A stretch of DNA of 64,000 bases from Schmidtea polychroa. Its lineage: Eukaryota. The notes under the pieces are model-generated. The model was not told where the DNA came from and did not search any database. It saw only the letters and a list, made by a program, of their open reading frames with translations. The stretch spans positions 26,040,001-26,104,000 of the forward strand of contig CM097885.1 in assembly GCA_044892525.1 (NCBI GenBank), written 5' to 3'. A program made the position numbers and the translations under genes. Positions within the stretch are counted from its first letter, which is position 1. Each line of letters starts with the position of its first letter. Positions 22,001 through 35,090 of this stretch are shown piece after piece.

Positions 22001-24516
22001 ATTTATAAATATTTTATAACGAGTTAAACCATTTTTAAAATAACTTTATTCATAGAATTATGCAACAAAAATTACGTTGCCTGTTGTTTTATATTATATT
22101 TTTGATATTTTAATCTATTAAACATGTATGGTAAATAATCTTTGTCCACTTAATTCATGTTCCGTGAGATTAAAAGGTATAAATATATATTTAATTTATC
22201 AACTCATGGTCAAAAAGAAGCATCAGAATATGAAAACCCCAGAAGATATGCCCTTGAATACAAAGAAGAGTTTAGTATTTCAGCGAACTTCATACACACT
22301 TGATAAAGGCTATTACAAAATATTGTGTACCCTATATATTATTTTGTTCTATAGTCTTACAAACACTAATATGAAATTATTGAATTAAAAAAAGATAAAG
22401 GGGGAAATCAAAAGATGAATATCAAAAAAAATTTATTTTATTGATTGTGTCAGCATAAACGATAGCATAAATTCAATTTGTGTAGAAGATTTCGCACTAT
22501 TGAAAAGTATTCCATAAGAAATCACAATCTGATTTTGATGGTTTTAGATACCGCAAGCTATATGGTTAAGACTGTTAAAAATATCAAAATTTGTATCTCT
22601 AATCTTTTTCATGTACAATGCCTTGCCCATCTTGTCCATAATTCCGGCTTGAGGATTAAAGCAAGTCATTCGTAAGTTGATTTTTAATAGTTTCAAAAAT
22701 AGCTATTACAATCTAAAATAAGACAATGATGAGATCAAAATTTGTAATAATTGGATCTCCCATCGCTATGAAAATTACTAGATGGTCATCTTGGTTAAAG
22801 GCTGCTATTTATTATAGCGAAATAAAAAGAATCATTGAAGAATTAATTGAAGAGGAAATTTTATTGAAAATAAAGATAAGGAATCACTAAACAATGCGCG
22901 AATGTTTAACGATCTTATCGAAATCCTGGAAATGTTTGAATGTTCAGAATATGATATGCAACTCTTAGAAACCTAAACTTTATTCCTGATCCATGTAATT
23001 TACAAGATTTTATATCAACAAAATTACGATCAAATGATATATTTAATATTACTATCTTTTCTAATTCAGAAATATGCAGATCTTTTAAAATTTCCACCCA
23101 CGTCCAGTGACGTAGTAAGCATAACTGGCGCTCCACCAAAAACCATACAGTAATATAAAATATAGAATATACTCGTAATAGGAATATAATATAAATAATA
23201 ATAGAATGCAGTACCTACCTTAAAATACTTACCAATAAATAATTACCACAAGTCACTATCTAATTATGCTTCTACCAAATACTACTCTGTTTTTCTGGAT
23301 AAATAGGAACACAGGTTCAGGTTAGGCTTTAAATTTTACTGTATTTAAACTGGATTGGGTCTGAAATATGCGCAATCCATGAATAATCAATTCCATATTA
23401 TTTGAAGATTATTACTGAATTTTAAATAAGGAACATCTTTGAACTCCAGATCGTCCGGAATTATAATGTGCGTTTCTGTTGCATTTTCTGTACTTTTCAT
23501 TTAAAATAATAAAAATATGTCACTATCCCATATAAATAAAGTGTTCAGAAAGAAAGAAAGAAGAAAGTTTTGAATACGGAAATATTTGATTGATTTACTA
23601 TAAACATTATCTATAGTATATTTTATCAGATAAATCAAGATAGGAAATTAATTATATGAAAATAATTATTAATTTAAAATATATTTCCAAGAAATCGATC
23701 ATAATAAAAATTGAACTTTTCCGGAAAATCTTGTTTGCCCTGAGGATCATTTTGTGCTCCTCTGTGAGTTACGTAATGGCATGATATACCCCCTTGTCCC
23801 CTTCACTACGTCACTGTCTACTTTTATCGCAGGCTAAAAACATATTTGTACAGAATTATATATTATTTATTAAATAATAATGATTATTATTATTTATGAT
23901 TTTGTCAGAGTGCCTGCGACACAAATCTAATTAGATTGCCCAATACAGATTGCACCGCCAATATAGTTGAAAACCGTAACAATAAATGTGTTGTGCATTG
24001 CCACCATGAGGAATTGTCTGACAATGTATATATGGAATTACCAACTATAAATTACAATGCATATAATGGCAAAAAATATAGATATCTATATGGAGTCGGA
24101 GAAAACATGGTAGAAATTAATTAATTGATGCTTAATGAATACTGATTCCATCTTTGACAGTTGAAAAAGGTTGACACTAAGACTAAAACAAGTCTTTTTT
24201 GGTGCAATGAGGAGCCCGGATATGCTTGTGAATCAATTTTTGTTAAACATCCTAATGCGGATGATAATAATCCAGAGGATGAGGATTACGGTTTGATTAA
24301 TTGTAATCTTAATTTTATTTCCTGATTTCCATTCCTGCAGGGGTTTTATTGACTCCGGTATTAGTGCGAGACGAGACCGTTAACACAGACCGATACCAGT
24401 CGCTTGTATTTATTGATGCAAAGTCCATGAAAGAAATCAGTAGAACTGAATTTCGATCGGTCTCGATTCCATTGTCATTTCATGGAGTTTTTCAACCAAT
24501 CAATTCACTTGGTTAA
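13072..24516 (+). CDS. Carotenoid oxygenase (BCO/RPE65/NinaB family), 3' seven exons: 13072-13287, 16980-17150, 17202-17307, 19625-19767, 23909-24109, 24161-24290, 24341-24516
   Basis: The exons join in phase with GT-AG boundaries. They carry all four iron-ligand His motifs (ATAH, PSYYHSFG, FHHINAYE, FHG) plus ELPTINY..YNGKKYRY. N-terminal exons were not found in the window. Confidence 0.93.
13583..13798. mobile_element. Tc1/mariner-pogo-type MITE
   Basis: Near-perfect TIRs CCGTATTTTAGCGCATATAACGCGCAC, flanked by TA on both sides. Confidence 0.9.
13900..15000 (-). pseudogene. Highly decayed DDE (hAT-like) transposase remnant
   Basis: Minus-strand fragment IAMDTTALNT resembles the DTTasNTG catalytic-Asp motif; many stops and frameshifts. 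Confidence 0.4.
17623..17968. mobile_element. hAT-type MITE, copy 1
   Basis: TIRs CAGTGGCGTAGC...GCTACGCCACTG; 8-bp TSD AATTTATT/AATTCATT. Confidence 0.9.
18330..18720 (-). pseudogene. hAT (Buster/Charlie, GTF2IRD2-like) transposase fragment
   Basis: AMKITNAIRGGNRGLTHRKFTEFL..YGDLLLHSQVRWLSAG motif. Confidence 0.8.
20230..20450 (-). pseudogene. hAT transposase dimerisation-domain fragment
   Basis: Minus-strand VSEVSCEKSFPKHKLIKNYLRFTLKQSKLSDL. Confidence 0.75.
22400..23100 (+). pseudogene. Decayed hAT-like (CGGBP1-related) transposase
   Basis: DTASYMVK...LFHVQCLAHLVHN and ITRWSSWLKAAIYYSE motifs, with frameshifts. Confidence 0.7.
23105..23816. mobile_element. hAT-type non-autonomous element
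   Basis: CAGTGACGTAGT...ACTACGTCACTG TIRs; TSD not recognisable. Confidence 0.55.
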
Positions 24517-25104
24517 TTAATTACCCGCTGTTACCGCAAAACATTTCAATTTCATTCTATTTACAACTTGTTTTTTAGATAACTTTCTAATATTATGATT
24601 TTGTTGATTTTGAATTTTTTGATAATTTTTTTGATAGAAATTTTTAATAAAACATTTTGTTATTTTTGATAATTTATTGATTGGAAATTTTGATAATAAT
24701 TTTTTTATATTTTGATTTTTTTCTGTTAGTCAAGTGGCCAAAGTAAATAATATACAACAAATAATTTTAAAATAATGTAGGAAGTATAGAATGTGTAGAG
24801 GCAAATTAATTAATTAAATTATTTATCAATCATTGTGAAATAGAAAACTCAAGTTAATACCTACTTGTTTCTTGTCAATTATTAATTCCTTGCCTATCAG
24901 AAAATCAAATAGAACTCGTAAGTGAAAATGTAATAAGAAATAATTCTAGTAAAGAAGCTTTCCTGCTTATTTATTTTCAGTCACTATGTACATTTCCAAC
25001 ATAATCATGAAGACATTTAAGGAAGAGTTGATGATAAATCTATCATCAACTTTAGAATCTTTTAACAACACGTATAAATGAGTTTTATAAATGAGTGTTT
25101 AAAC

Positions 25105-25800
25105 CAGAGACTGAAACCGAACCAGAACCCTGATGAACCCAGAAACTCATACAAAAATTTATTCTGTGCATTTTTTTAGATAAATAAAGAGGACAAAAAT
25201 GTAGTAAAGTTTTCGTTTGCCTAGTTTATTTTCTTAAAGTAGATTACTACGATACAAAATACAAATAGTAAAGTTTCTCGTGTTCATTAATGTTTCCTAA
25301 CGATTTTGCTTTTATTATTATTTGGAATTTTGACTTTCTATGATTAAAGTTTAATAATAATCATTATTAATCATTAAACGTGTTTTTTTTGTTTGCTAAA
25401 TTCTATATTAAGAAGAGGATATTCTTGAACAAGTTTTAAAGAAAAATGAGATGGAAATATACGAAAATTATCCAAGTCTGTCAAAAGAAAAAAGTATTTT
25501 AGAATTTTGGGAGCAACATAAAATACAAACACCTTTACTATATCAGGTGGAACCAAATAATATTTGCAGTCCCTGTTTTCATCTTTAAAATGTATACTAT
25601 CACGACAACGAGCAAATCTAACAGAAGAGAACTTAAAAAATATTTTAACTGTTAAATTAAATGAAAAATTTTTGAAAAATAAATAAAAGATAAGGCCTTT
25701 TTCTAAATTTTGAACCCGAATTTGAACCCTGGACCGAACTTTTTATTTTGATTAACCTGAACCTGAACCTGAACCCAAATTTTCCGGGTTTCAGTCACTG
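25105..25800. mobile_element. hAT non-autonomous element
   Basis: TIRs CAGAGACTGAAACC/GGTTTCAGTCACTG, 8-bp TSD GTTTAAAC/TTTTAAAC and an internal ILEFWEQHK remnant. Confidence 0.85.
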
Positions 25801-25919
25801 TTTTAAACTCATGTATTTTATCAAATAATCTCATTAAAGCAATAAAGGAGAAAAATATGTATGAGCAGAACAATAGGTTTATTATTTTTTTATGAAGGGG
25901 ACACTTTTGTCTTCTTTGA

Positions 25920-26049
25920 NNNNNNNNNNNNNNNNNNNNNNNNNNNNNNNNNNNNNNNNNNNNNNNNNNNNNNNNNNNNNNNNNNNNNNNNNNNNNNNNN
26001 NNNNNNNNNNNNNNNNNNNNNNNNNNNNNNNNNNNNNNNNNNNNNNNNN
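25920..26049. other. Assembly gap (N run)
   Basis: Ns in the sequence. Confidence 1.
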
Positions 26050-26091
26050 TTGCATCTAAAAGTTTTCATTTATATTTTCATTGTCCTATCC

Positions 26092-26661
26092 AACACAAAT
26101 TTTTGACACCGTTTTTATCCATTTACATTTGAAAGTGAATGGAATGTTCAAATTAAACAGATCAAATATGAACGTAAAATAGAGGATTTTACTGATAAAT
26201 CAACGAGCATGAATTATTTCCACAAACCTTCACAAAGGTTTGCCAGATTTAGATATGATATCCTCAAAATTTCAAATAAATTCCGTAAAAATCAAATAAT
26301 ATTTATTATCTAAGCACATTTGTTTGTTTATGCATCAATTTATTATTGTTATTATTTACTAGAAATGTTTCAAGCTTTATGTCAAATAATGCAATACGTT
26401 TGTTGTCGCAAAGGTGACAGGACTGAAGAAAAGAAAAAGGTTCTTTACCAACCAATAGACAATGATAACATTGCAGCATTGATAAAAAATAAATTAGATT
26501 TAATAGAAAAGACTAAAGGTCGCCTCCCAGAAAGCAATGCGTTAGTTTCTCCATTGATTAAGGACGAGAATTGAATGTGTTTGGAATTATTTCCATTTAA
26601 AATGGGCGCATATTTTTATGTCAAATCTTTTATTACTGCAAGTTTTATGTTTGATAATGTT
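26092..26661 (+). repeat. Segmental duplicate copy 1, containing the 3' exons of an unknown gene (78-nt intron 26285-26362, stop at 26574)
   Basis: Nearly identical to 30256-30837. Splicing joins ...KISNKF-Q-MFQALCQ... in frame. Confidence 0.75.
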
Positions 26662-26780
26662 AAACGATAAAGGCAAAGTCGAAAATTTGTTTTGCAAAGA
26701 AAAATGATGAATGGTGACAAACATAGTAAAATTAATTATTTACAATAATTTATAAAAGATGCTGATAATAAATTATTTAA

Positions 26781-27445
26781 CACGTTTGTGATATTTGTTT
26801 TTTTAACATTTTTGTCATTTGGACATCGTGTTCCACAGGTGGTACACTAACGATTTGTTTTCTGGTCGTATGCGCCACCGGTGGTACACGATGTGTATGT
26901 TTATAGTACTTTATGAAAATTCTAACATATTGTATTAAAACTATGTTTTTATACTTACGACTGTCAAAAATATTCAAAAATTGATTATATTATGCGTGTA
27001 CACAACCATTTTATATAGTAAACTATTTAAATAGTACTTAAATTTAAAAAAACATTTTGTTGAAAGAAATTAAATAATTCATATTTTATTGATAAATAAA
27101 ATGAAATTCACTATAATGAAATATAACATTAGGTATACCATATAATAACATTAATATAAATTGTATTTAACGATGTTTTGCATTGAAACATTTCAAACAC
27201 ATTACAGGTTTATCACTGCCATTGTTGAAAAAGATTTGTACTCTTTTGGCTTCACTGTGAGCTACTTTAGCCCATTTTACTTTCTGTATATTTCGGTAGC
27301 AAGATAGACATCTTTTTCTAGTGGTTGCCTCCGGACCATCGTGTTCAATTAATTGATGAGTTAGATTTTTTTTAAGGTTGACTGAGGGAGTGCTGGTACT
27401 AGGTTGAATATTCTCATTTTTATTATCATTATCCCTGTTGTTCAC
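26781..27445 (-). mobile_element. piggyBac-like 3' remnant
   Basis: C-terminal Cys-rich domain RKRCLSCY...KPVMCLKCFNAKH, and a TTAA|CACGTT end at 26777-26786. Confidence 0.7.
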
Positions 27446-30255
27446 TTAGGGGTGTGTCATTTTAAATTTTAAATACGTTAGGGGTAATCATAGATTTTCA
27501 CTCGACTCTTTCCTAAGCACCTCCATGACTATTGCACTTTGAACCTTTTGTGTACCCATGGCGACGACAATGTTGGTACTGTACACAAAGGCGAAAAACA
27601 ATGAGCAGGTGAGCTCTATTGCTGAAACTACTCCTCATTGTATTTTTCTTATGGGTCCTAGACTGCCGATAGAAGGTCTTACGTCATTATTCATTGGCTA
27701 ATCTACTGTTAGTGTTGTCATATGTTCATTTAACTGTGGTCTTCGTTACTAAATGTTTTCTATGGTTCTCTTCAAATTTTTGAGCAGGGATCAGCCCTTA
27801 TTTCTAAACTAATAAATGTAATTTCATACTCCTCATAAAATTTGAGTAGGGTTCTGCCTGTATTTCGTATTCCGACCTGTGTCCTGCCAAAAACGAACAC
27901 GTCCTATACTAGCTATATTTAAACAAAACTTCAAACTCCAAAAATGACTCTATATTTCCCATCAGCCCTATTCCTAACTATATCCTATAAAATAATATAC
28001 CAAACTGGCGAAAACATCTGTCGACCAACAGCAAAATGGCCATCCGCTCACAAACATTCTGTTTAATCTAGGACATCAATAAAACATGAAGATTCATAGT
28101 ATCAGATCAAATAATATTTATGTAAATTATGATTGTTATTCAAAATGCAAAAATAAAGTAACCATAAAAAACAAAACGTAAAAAAATTATAACTAAAACA
28201 AATCAAATTTAAAAATTTTATTAATCATAAAATTAAATCCATTTATGCCTTTCATAAAATTACATGAAATTATTAAAAATACAATTCAACTTACCGCAAT
28301 TTGCATAAACTGAAAACTGAGAGCTAAATGTTTTCACTGTCTAACAATGTGTGTGCAACTGAATTTGCAATCAGCATTTATACTGATTTTGACTGTGCAT
28401 ACATGCATTCTCTTCAATTCTATCCAATTGGAATGCGAGAAATTTTGAATTACTTTTACATGCATGCATGAGTGTGTGCAATTATTTATTTTTTAATTTA
28501 ATTGATCTAATTAATTAATTATTTAATTTTTTATTAATTTTAATAATTTAATTTTATAAATTTTATAATTTAAATAATTTTGGTTATTTTAATTTTTACT
28601 AATTTAAATACTTTTATTCTTTAAATTTCATAGGTAACATAATTCTAATCATTTAATTCTATAAACTTTACAATTTACATAATGTTAACTAATTTTATTA
28701 TTTTGACGATTTAATTTTATATAGTTTAAATAATTTTTACTAATTCTATTTTACATTTTATTATTTTTCTATCGAAATTTTAAGTTTTCAATTTTTTTTG
28801 TTAAAATTTATTTATCTCTTTGTTCTATTATACGGGGTTTAGTGATTCTTAATGTGTTTTGTAATTTATTTTATTTATTTTATATTAAATCTTGATAATA
28901 GATTTTTTCAACTTTGCGGTTTTTGTGTTAAATATTTTCGATCCATTAAAACAAATTCTCAGTTCTTTGTTTCAGCCCAACATCCCTTAGTAGACCTTCT
29001 ATTACATTTTCTTTGAAATTAAGCATGGTAATGGTTTTATTTGGTACTGATTCATAATAATTTTTTTATTTTTATTAACTTTTTAGTGCAAACTTTATAA
29101 AAAGAATTTCAAGTATAGATTTAAATGTGTAATTATAGATTTTAAAGTGAACTTATTACTTTTTTGTTTTATCTCGCTATAACGCGGGGTTTTGAAATTT
29201 TCAAAAAATTATTTCGACTTAAATATAGAGGATGACGTCATCTGCATTTTTAATGACCACAATATTTTTTTAATCTCTTTTAGATTTGTCTGGCGAAAAA
29301 TTTAAATTTTTCAAAAAGAAAAACTTGACTAGAAAAAGGATCCTTGAGATTTATGAAAATTTCTTTTTCAAAATATTTAGAGTTACGAGCCCTAGAACTT
29401 TACTAACCACGACTTGTTTTAAATTTTTTTTTTAAATATTTTGTACATTAAATTGCGCCAGGTTCCAGAACTTATCATACAAAAGTCTTTGAATGTTCCT
29501 TTGTAAAATGTTAGAGCTTTGAGAGAAGTATATCTTTGCTGAACAAATCATTTTCGTAACTTTTTAAAAAAACTGTTAAATTCACATTTAAAAATCAGTC
29601 TAATATAAAATTTTCAAATTCCCTTCATATGGGTTATTGAGCTCCCATCCCCCTTTCAAGGTCAAATTTTGGCGGCTTTTTGTTTAAAAATATGCTATTG
29701 ATTTTTAAGTGCACTTTTACCATAGTCAGGGGTCTTTTTGGTTATTCTTAATATGGAAACCAAATTTTGTCCAGACACTTTATACGAAAAAGATGTATTC
29801 TTTGACGACAATCAAGAATTCGTACAAAAATCATGGAAAAGATTTCTTTTCGATAGACTTTTTTTGAATTAAGGAATATTTTTGGGAATTAGGAATGCGA
29901 CATAATTTGTCAAGAAATTCTTCATAAAAAGGTTATGTCTTGATTCAAATTAGAAAATTCTTTAATAAAATTCTCTAAAGGTTTTTATTCCTCCCAGAAA
30001 TTAAGAAATGTAAAATCTATCGATAATTCTCAAAAATTTGCCTATGCCAGAATGGACTGAAATATTTTCATTCTATTTATTTATGATAGTTCATCGAAAA
30101 ATTGTGATATTTTAACGGGACTTTAAACTTGTCGTAATAATTTTCAATGGAGATGTCGAATCTTTGCTCAAATATTATTGCGGGAAAGTTGAATTTTTGT
30201 TTAAATAAATTCATTTTATTAATGTATAGAGCCCACATGAATGGAGAGATATTAT

Positions 30256-30837
30256 AACACAAATTTTTGACACCGCTTTTATCCATTTACATTTGAAAGT
30301 GAATGGAATGTTCAAATTAAACAGATCAAATATGAACGTAAAATAGAGGATTTTACTGATAAATCAACGAGCATGAATTATTTCCACAAACCTTCACAAA
30401 GGTTTGCCAGATTTAGATATGATATCCTCAAAATTTCAAATAAATTCCGTAAAAATCAAATAATATTTATTATCTAAGCATATTTGTTTGTTTATGCATC
30501 AATTTATTATTGTTATTATTTACTAAAAATGTTTCAAGCTTTATGTCAAATAATGCAATACGTTTGTTGTCGCAAAGTCGACAGGACTGAAGAAAAGAAA
30601 AAGGTTCTTTACCAACCGATAGACAATGATAACATTGCAGCATTGATGAAAAATAAATTAGATTTAATAGAAAAGACTAAAGGTCGCCTCCCAGAAAGCA
30701 ATGCGTTAGTCTCTCCATTGATTAAGGACGAGAATTGAATGTGTTTGGAATTATTTCCATTCTCTCGGCATAATAAAATGGGCGAATATTTTTATGTCAA
30801 ACCTTTTATTTCTACAAGCTTTATGTTTGATAATGTT
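30256..30837 (+). repeat. Segmental duplicate copy 2 of the unknown gene; splice acceptor mutated AG to AA
   Basis: Alignment to 26092-26661: TTTACTAG|AAATG becomes TTTACTAAAAATG at about 30525. Confidence 0.75.
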
Positions 30838-31583
30838 CATATTTTATTCATTTACCTCAGAGTGTGGCAGAATGGACACTTGAACTGATTTAATATATAA
30901 ACCGGAGGCCCTACCTTGATATCTTGTTTTATTTATGCATTTCTGACTTTGATAACACAATTTAGCTATTTTTATACGCAATGTAATGCATATATCTAAC
31001 TTAAATATTTTCGATATTTTTGAAAATGTACATTTTTATCTCTTCTACAAGTTCTTATTATGTAATTTGCAGTTTTTAGATTTCTTAATCTCTCCTTTTC
31101 CCAACATGCTATATTTTTGAAAATGCCAACACTAAACTAACAAGTGAATAAATGGCCAATTCTTTGAAAGTGAGAATAAAAAAAAGAATATTTGTTATCT
31201 ATTTGGCGAGTTTACGCTGAAAAAGATGCAACATATAATTAATAATATTCGATTATTTTTATACAAATAGTTTTTTATACTCATACTCAAAAAGAAATGT
31301 GACACAGATGTGACATTAATAAGTTTTGCCGACGTATGATAAGTGAGTGTGATCTGTTAATCTTACTCACATCCAATAAGTATAGCTGTCCTTTGTACAC
31401 TAGTAATTCACATTTGAAAATTTGTCGTATATTGTAGGAAAATAATGAAGGATTTATTGTTTTTGAAATTGTTGATTTGGATACGCAAGACGCTCAAATG
31501 AAAACGAAAGGCCATCAACATTCACTAAAACTAAACAGAAAAGAAAGCCGAGCGAGAAATATTAAGTCGACCGAGATTGTGCG

Positions 31584-32767
31584 GATTGACCTGGGTTTTA
31601 GAACCCGAAATTTAATTTAATTTTTTTCTATATTTTCTATTTTTTAACCATTATACATTTCATTGAACAATAAGAAATGACTGACAACTTTTATTTATGA
31701 AACAAAACTGTTATTAAGTGTAGAGTGAGGATGACGTCATGAAATAAATTTTTAGCGATTACAATAATGAAGTTAGGAAATACATTCTGTCGACGAAACT
31801 GAATCCTATACATAAATTCATGTAGGTAAGAAGGAAATAGAGCATGACTGATTCCAAACTGCCGTTTCAGTTTGCGTTTGCTTCTACACTCTGGATGTGG
31901 ACTTTGTCATCTGTCGGATCAACAAAGTTCTGTTGGTGGACAACTACCGAATGCTCATAGATGTCGAGTCTGATCTGGTTCACGTTGGCATACGCCGCCC
32001 AACTATCAGAGACTTCCTGGCAGAATGTATTCATCATTGAGGGCCTATAGTGTTAATACACGCCTGTCTGGGACTTCGACGAGAAAGAACTTCATACTCT
32101 CTCAACACCACCAAACACCCAGTGGCCATCACGCCAATAGCCTCTGTGGTATTTACGGTGAAAATACTTTGTTTCATCGATTTCAACGACGATTTATTGA
32201 CCATTAGCGTCAAAGCTTCCAATCTCTCCAGCGTTTCTCTCAGGCCAGTTTTCACATTCCTCCCACATTAAGTTGCACCAATCGATGACTATGTCACGAT
32301 CTCCTATGTTGGCCTCATATTTGATCTTGAGGTATGTCATGTGACCAGCAATATACCATCAAAACAATTTATTGAATGGTCAAACAGCTACGTGTGAAAA
32401 ACGATCCATCGCGTACAGATTTTCTACTACTGCAACTTTCACATGACCACCTCTTCCCGTCAAGCCCTTGGCTGTATGTTTGAAGTGTACACAGCTGATT
32501 GCATGTCATTGTGTCGCGAATCAAACTCCTAGATGCACACAACTGTAATGCGCGAAGGGTCTTTCAATTCTACAGCTAATGACGACAATCGCAATGCCGC
32601 CTGCTTAATAACTTTAATAACAAGATTAACAAGAACAATGCTAGTGGCATTCCTTGCTCTCCCAGCCGCCATTATTCAAATAATCGATTTATAAATGTTT
32701 AAAAAAAAGTAAATGTCAATTAAATAAAAAATTAATTAAAATTCAAATGCTAAAACCCAGGTTTACC
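31584..32767 (-). mobile_element. Merlin (IS1016/IS1595-like) DNA transposon with a decayed transposase
   Basis: VVEIDETKYFHRKYHRG..HWVFGGVER, EHSVVVHQQNFVDP..HIQSVE and SYLHEFMYR. Imperfect TIRs (GG.A.ACCTGGGTTTT); 8-bp TSD ATTGTGCG/CTTGTGCG. Confidence 0.92.
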
Positions 32768-33310
32768 CTTGTGCGTACTCGAGCAGCTAATGATGTTAAG
32801 AAGTCGACTGCCGATGAATACCAAAGTCTAAAATTTCATGATCAAGTTTTCAATGTTTGCTTTTCACTTATTAAAATGGATTCTGATATTTTCTTTTCAA
32901 CTACTAAATCATATCAGATTTTATTTTTAAACATTTAAATTCCATTTAACATTTGAAACTTGCTGCAATCTTGTAATTCCATTCATTTAAAATTTGGTTT
33001 CTGTGAATGCATCAACATCATCCGATATTTAATGTTGACTTGGCAAGACTTGACCGTTAGATAGAAAAATCATCAAATTACTGAATCAAATCATCCATAA
33101 TAAAACCAAATATTACAATTTGATTTCCGATTCCATAAATATATCCAACAAATTAAATGTCATAATTGTGTATTTCAAAATATCCGCTAAATAATAAACA
33201 TAAAACAAAACTCAATTCGTTCATTTATAATATTAGAATTCAAATAACATTACATTTTTATTAATGACAATTCAAAAGTACTAATAAACATATTAACAAA
33301 ATTAAAAATA

Positions 33311-33903
33311 TCAAAATCTTCGTATATTATTTTGCCTATTGATGTTTTGTCTTGGTTCTTCAATGATTGAAACTTCGACAAAATCTCCTATCTAGTCAAG
33401 GATTAACAAATTACATTAAATTAACATAATAAATTTACCTGGAATTTTTTTGAGGACAAAGTAACAAATGAGTCATCAGGAGAACGAAAAGAACCATCAA
33501 TATTTCGTTTATTTCTACCAACAATTACTTTACCGATTTCTCTTCGTCTATAATCGCTTGAATGTTTTTCAGGATATACAATTGCAAAGCATAATGTTAG
33601 ACCGGGTTTTCTCGCTTCAATACACGTGTCACGAATTTCACTTGACAACTCGCGTAAAGACGCGTCAATCCAAGTGTTAATTTCAATTTTATGTAACTCA
33701 TTTCTGGATCTTTTATATGCTGTAAGTGGATTCCAACGTCCACTCATACTGATAAAGCAATTTATGAGAATAGGACAAGTTAATCTTCTGTCAATTTCAG
33801 TTACTATTGGGTTAGTTACTTCAACCACAGACTGTAATTGATTAGATTCAATCGCAGGTTCCACTTTAGGCAAAACCACAACAGCAGATGATAAAGAAAT
33901 CAT
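33311..33903 (-). CDS. SAP18: Histone deacetylase complex subunit SAP18 homologue; exons 33903-33439 and 33391-33311
   Basis: IDRRLTCPILI, INTWIDASLRELS..I.....EARKPG...FAIVYP..YRRREIG and DDS..TL.SKKFQ|IGDFVEVSI; 47-nt GT-AG intron. The start codon is tentative. Confidence 0.9.
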
Positions 33904-34559
33904 ATAATTAGTATATAAAATTCCAACTTTATAATACAGATTCAATATTGCTAAAAAATATATTTGAACAGATCTAAGGTTTCGAAATTTTAAACAAAAT
34001 ATTATTATACAATAATTGAAATTGAGATTACTGATTTTATTAAGTTTAAATTTTGAAGTTTTATTCTAACAGTAAATTTCAGCTCAATACTTACGAAAAT
34101 TTAATTTTATTTTTTAATTCAAACCATGTTTTGTCAAAAATTTGAATTAAAATGAGTTTATAGCCAATATTTTTAATAGGATAATAAAAAATGTTTAGTT
34201 CAAAATTAAATAAAAATTTTGATAAAATTCTCTACTCTTTTGTCTGCAATAAGTACTAAAATTAATATAATAGATTAGAATTGTGATTAGGATTGTGTAT
34301 AATAATTGGAAAACGTAATTAATTTTTGGAATTTTTTGGGAAACATTAAAAAAGAGTAGAGTAACAATAGAGTAACAAAATTTTTATTGAATCTCTGAAA
34401 ATCAATTAGAGCAAAATAATACCACTTAAAATCTAAACTATAGTTGCGCAATTATAATTAAAAACTATAAGATTCGTGAAATTTTGTAGCATAAACACCT
34501 AAAGAGATGAAAATTTAACAATAATTCTTGGAATATTCAATGAAATTCATACAAAATAG

Positions 34560-35090
34560 AAACGGGTTAATGCAACGTAAAGCTAACCATGGCTAAAAAC
34601 TGGTTCCGACAGAAAGACACTGACACTGTCGAAAGATTGTCATTGAGCACCTTGATAGTCATTGACAAAGCGATAGATATGACTACCAGAAATTGTCGCC
34701 GTCTCATGCAGAATGGCAAAGTACGCTCACATGGCTCCAGATCTATGCAAGGAATACGTACTTTTTCAACCTTATTACTACCTGTGATGATCTCTCTTCT
34801 TATGAAATTCCAATAAAGATTTTTCACGACTAATAATGCGCCATTTAGAATTTCTTTTCTTGAATTAAAATTTCTAAGTAAGTAGATGCACCAATTTTTA
34901 CTTTTAATAGATGTGGTGGAGTTCCAGGTGGGCACTGTTCGTGAAAAGTTTCGATCAGAAAATGTATTATATCGTTAGGGTCCTCCAATATTATAGAGTC
35001 AATGCTCATAAAGGTTGTTTCATCTTCTGTTATTAGATCTAATAGTTTATAATTAAATGCAGTCGTATTGATGTTTTTCAGTGTCAATAT
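34560..35090 (-). pseudogene. Helitron Pif1-like helicase C-terminal fragment
   Basis: PPGTPPHLLKVKIGA, NGALLVVKNL..IITGSNK.EKVRIPCIDL..LPFCMRRRQF; frameshifted. Confidence 0.88.

Noticed and set aside
27480-27920. Possible LTR-retrotransposon integrase or chromodomain remnant
   Set aside because: Too degraded; no motif could be read with confidence.
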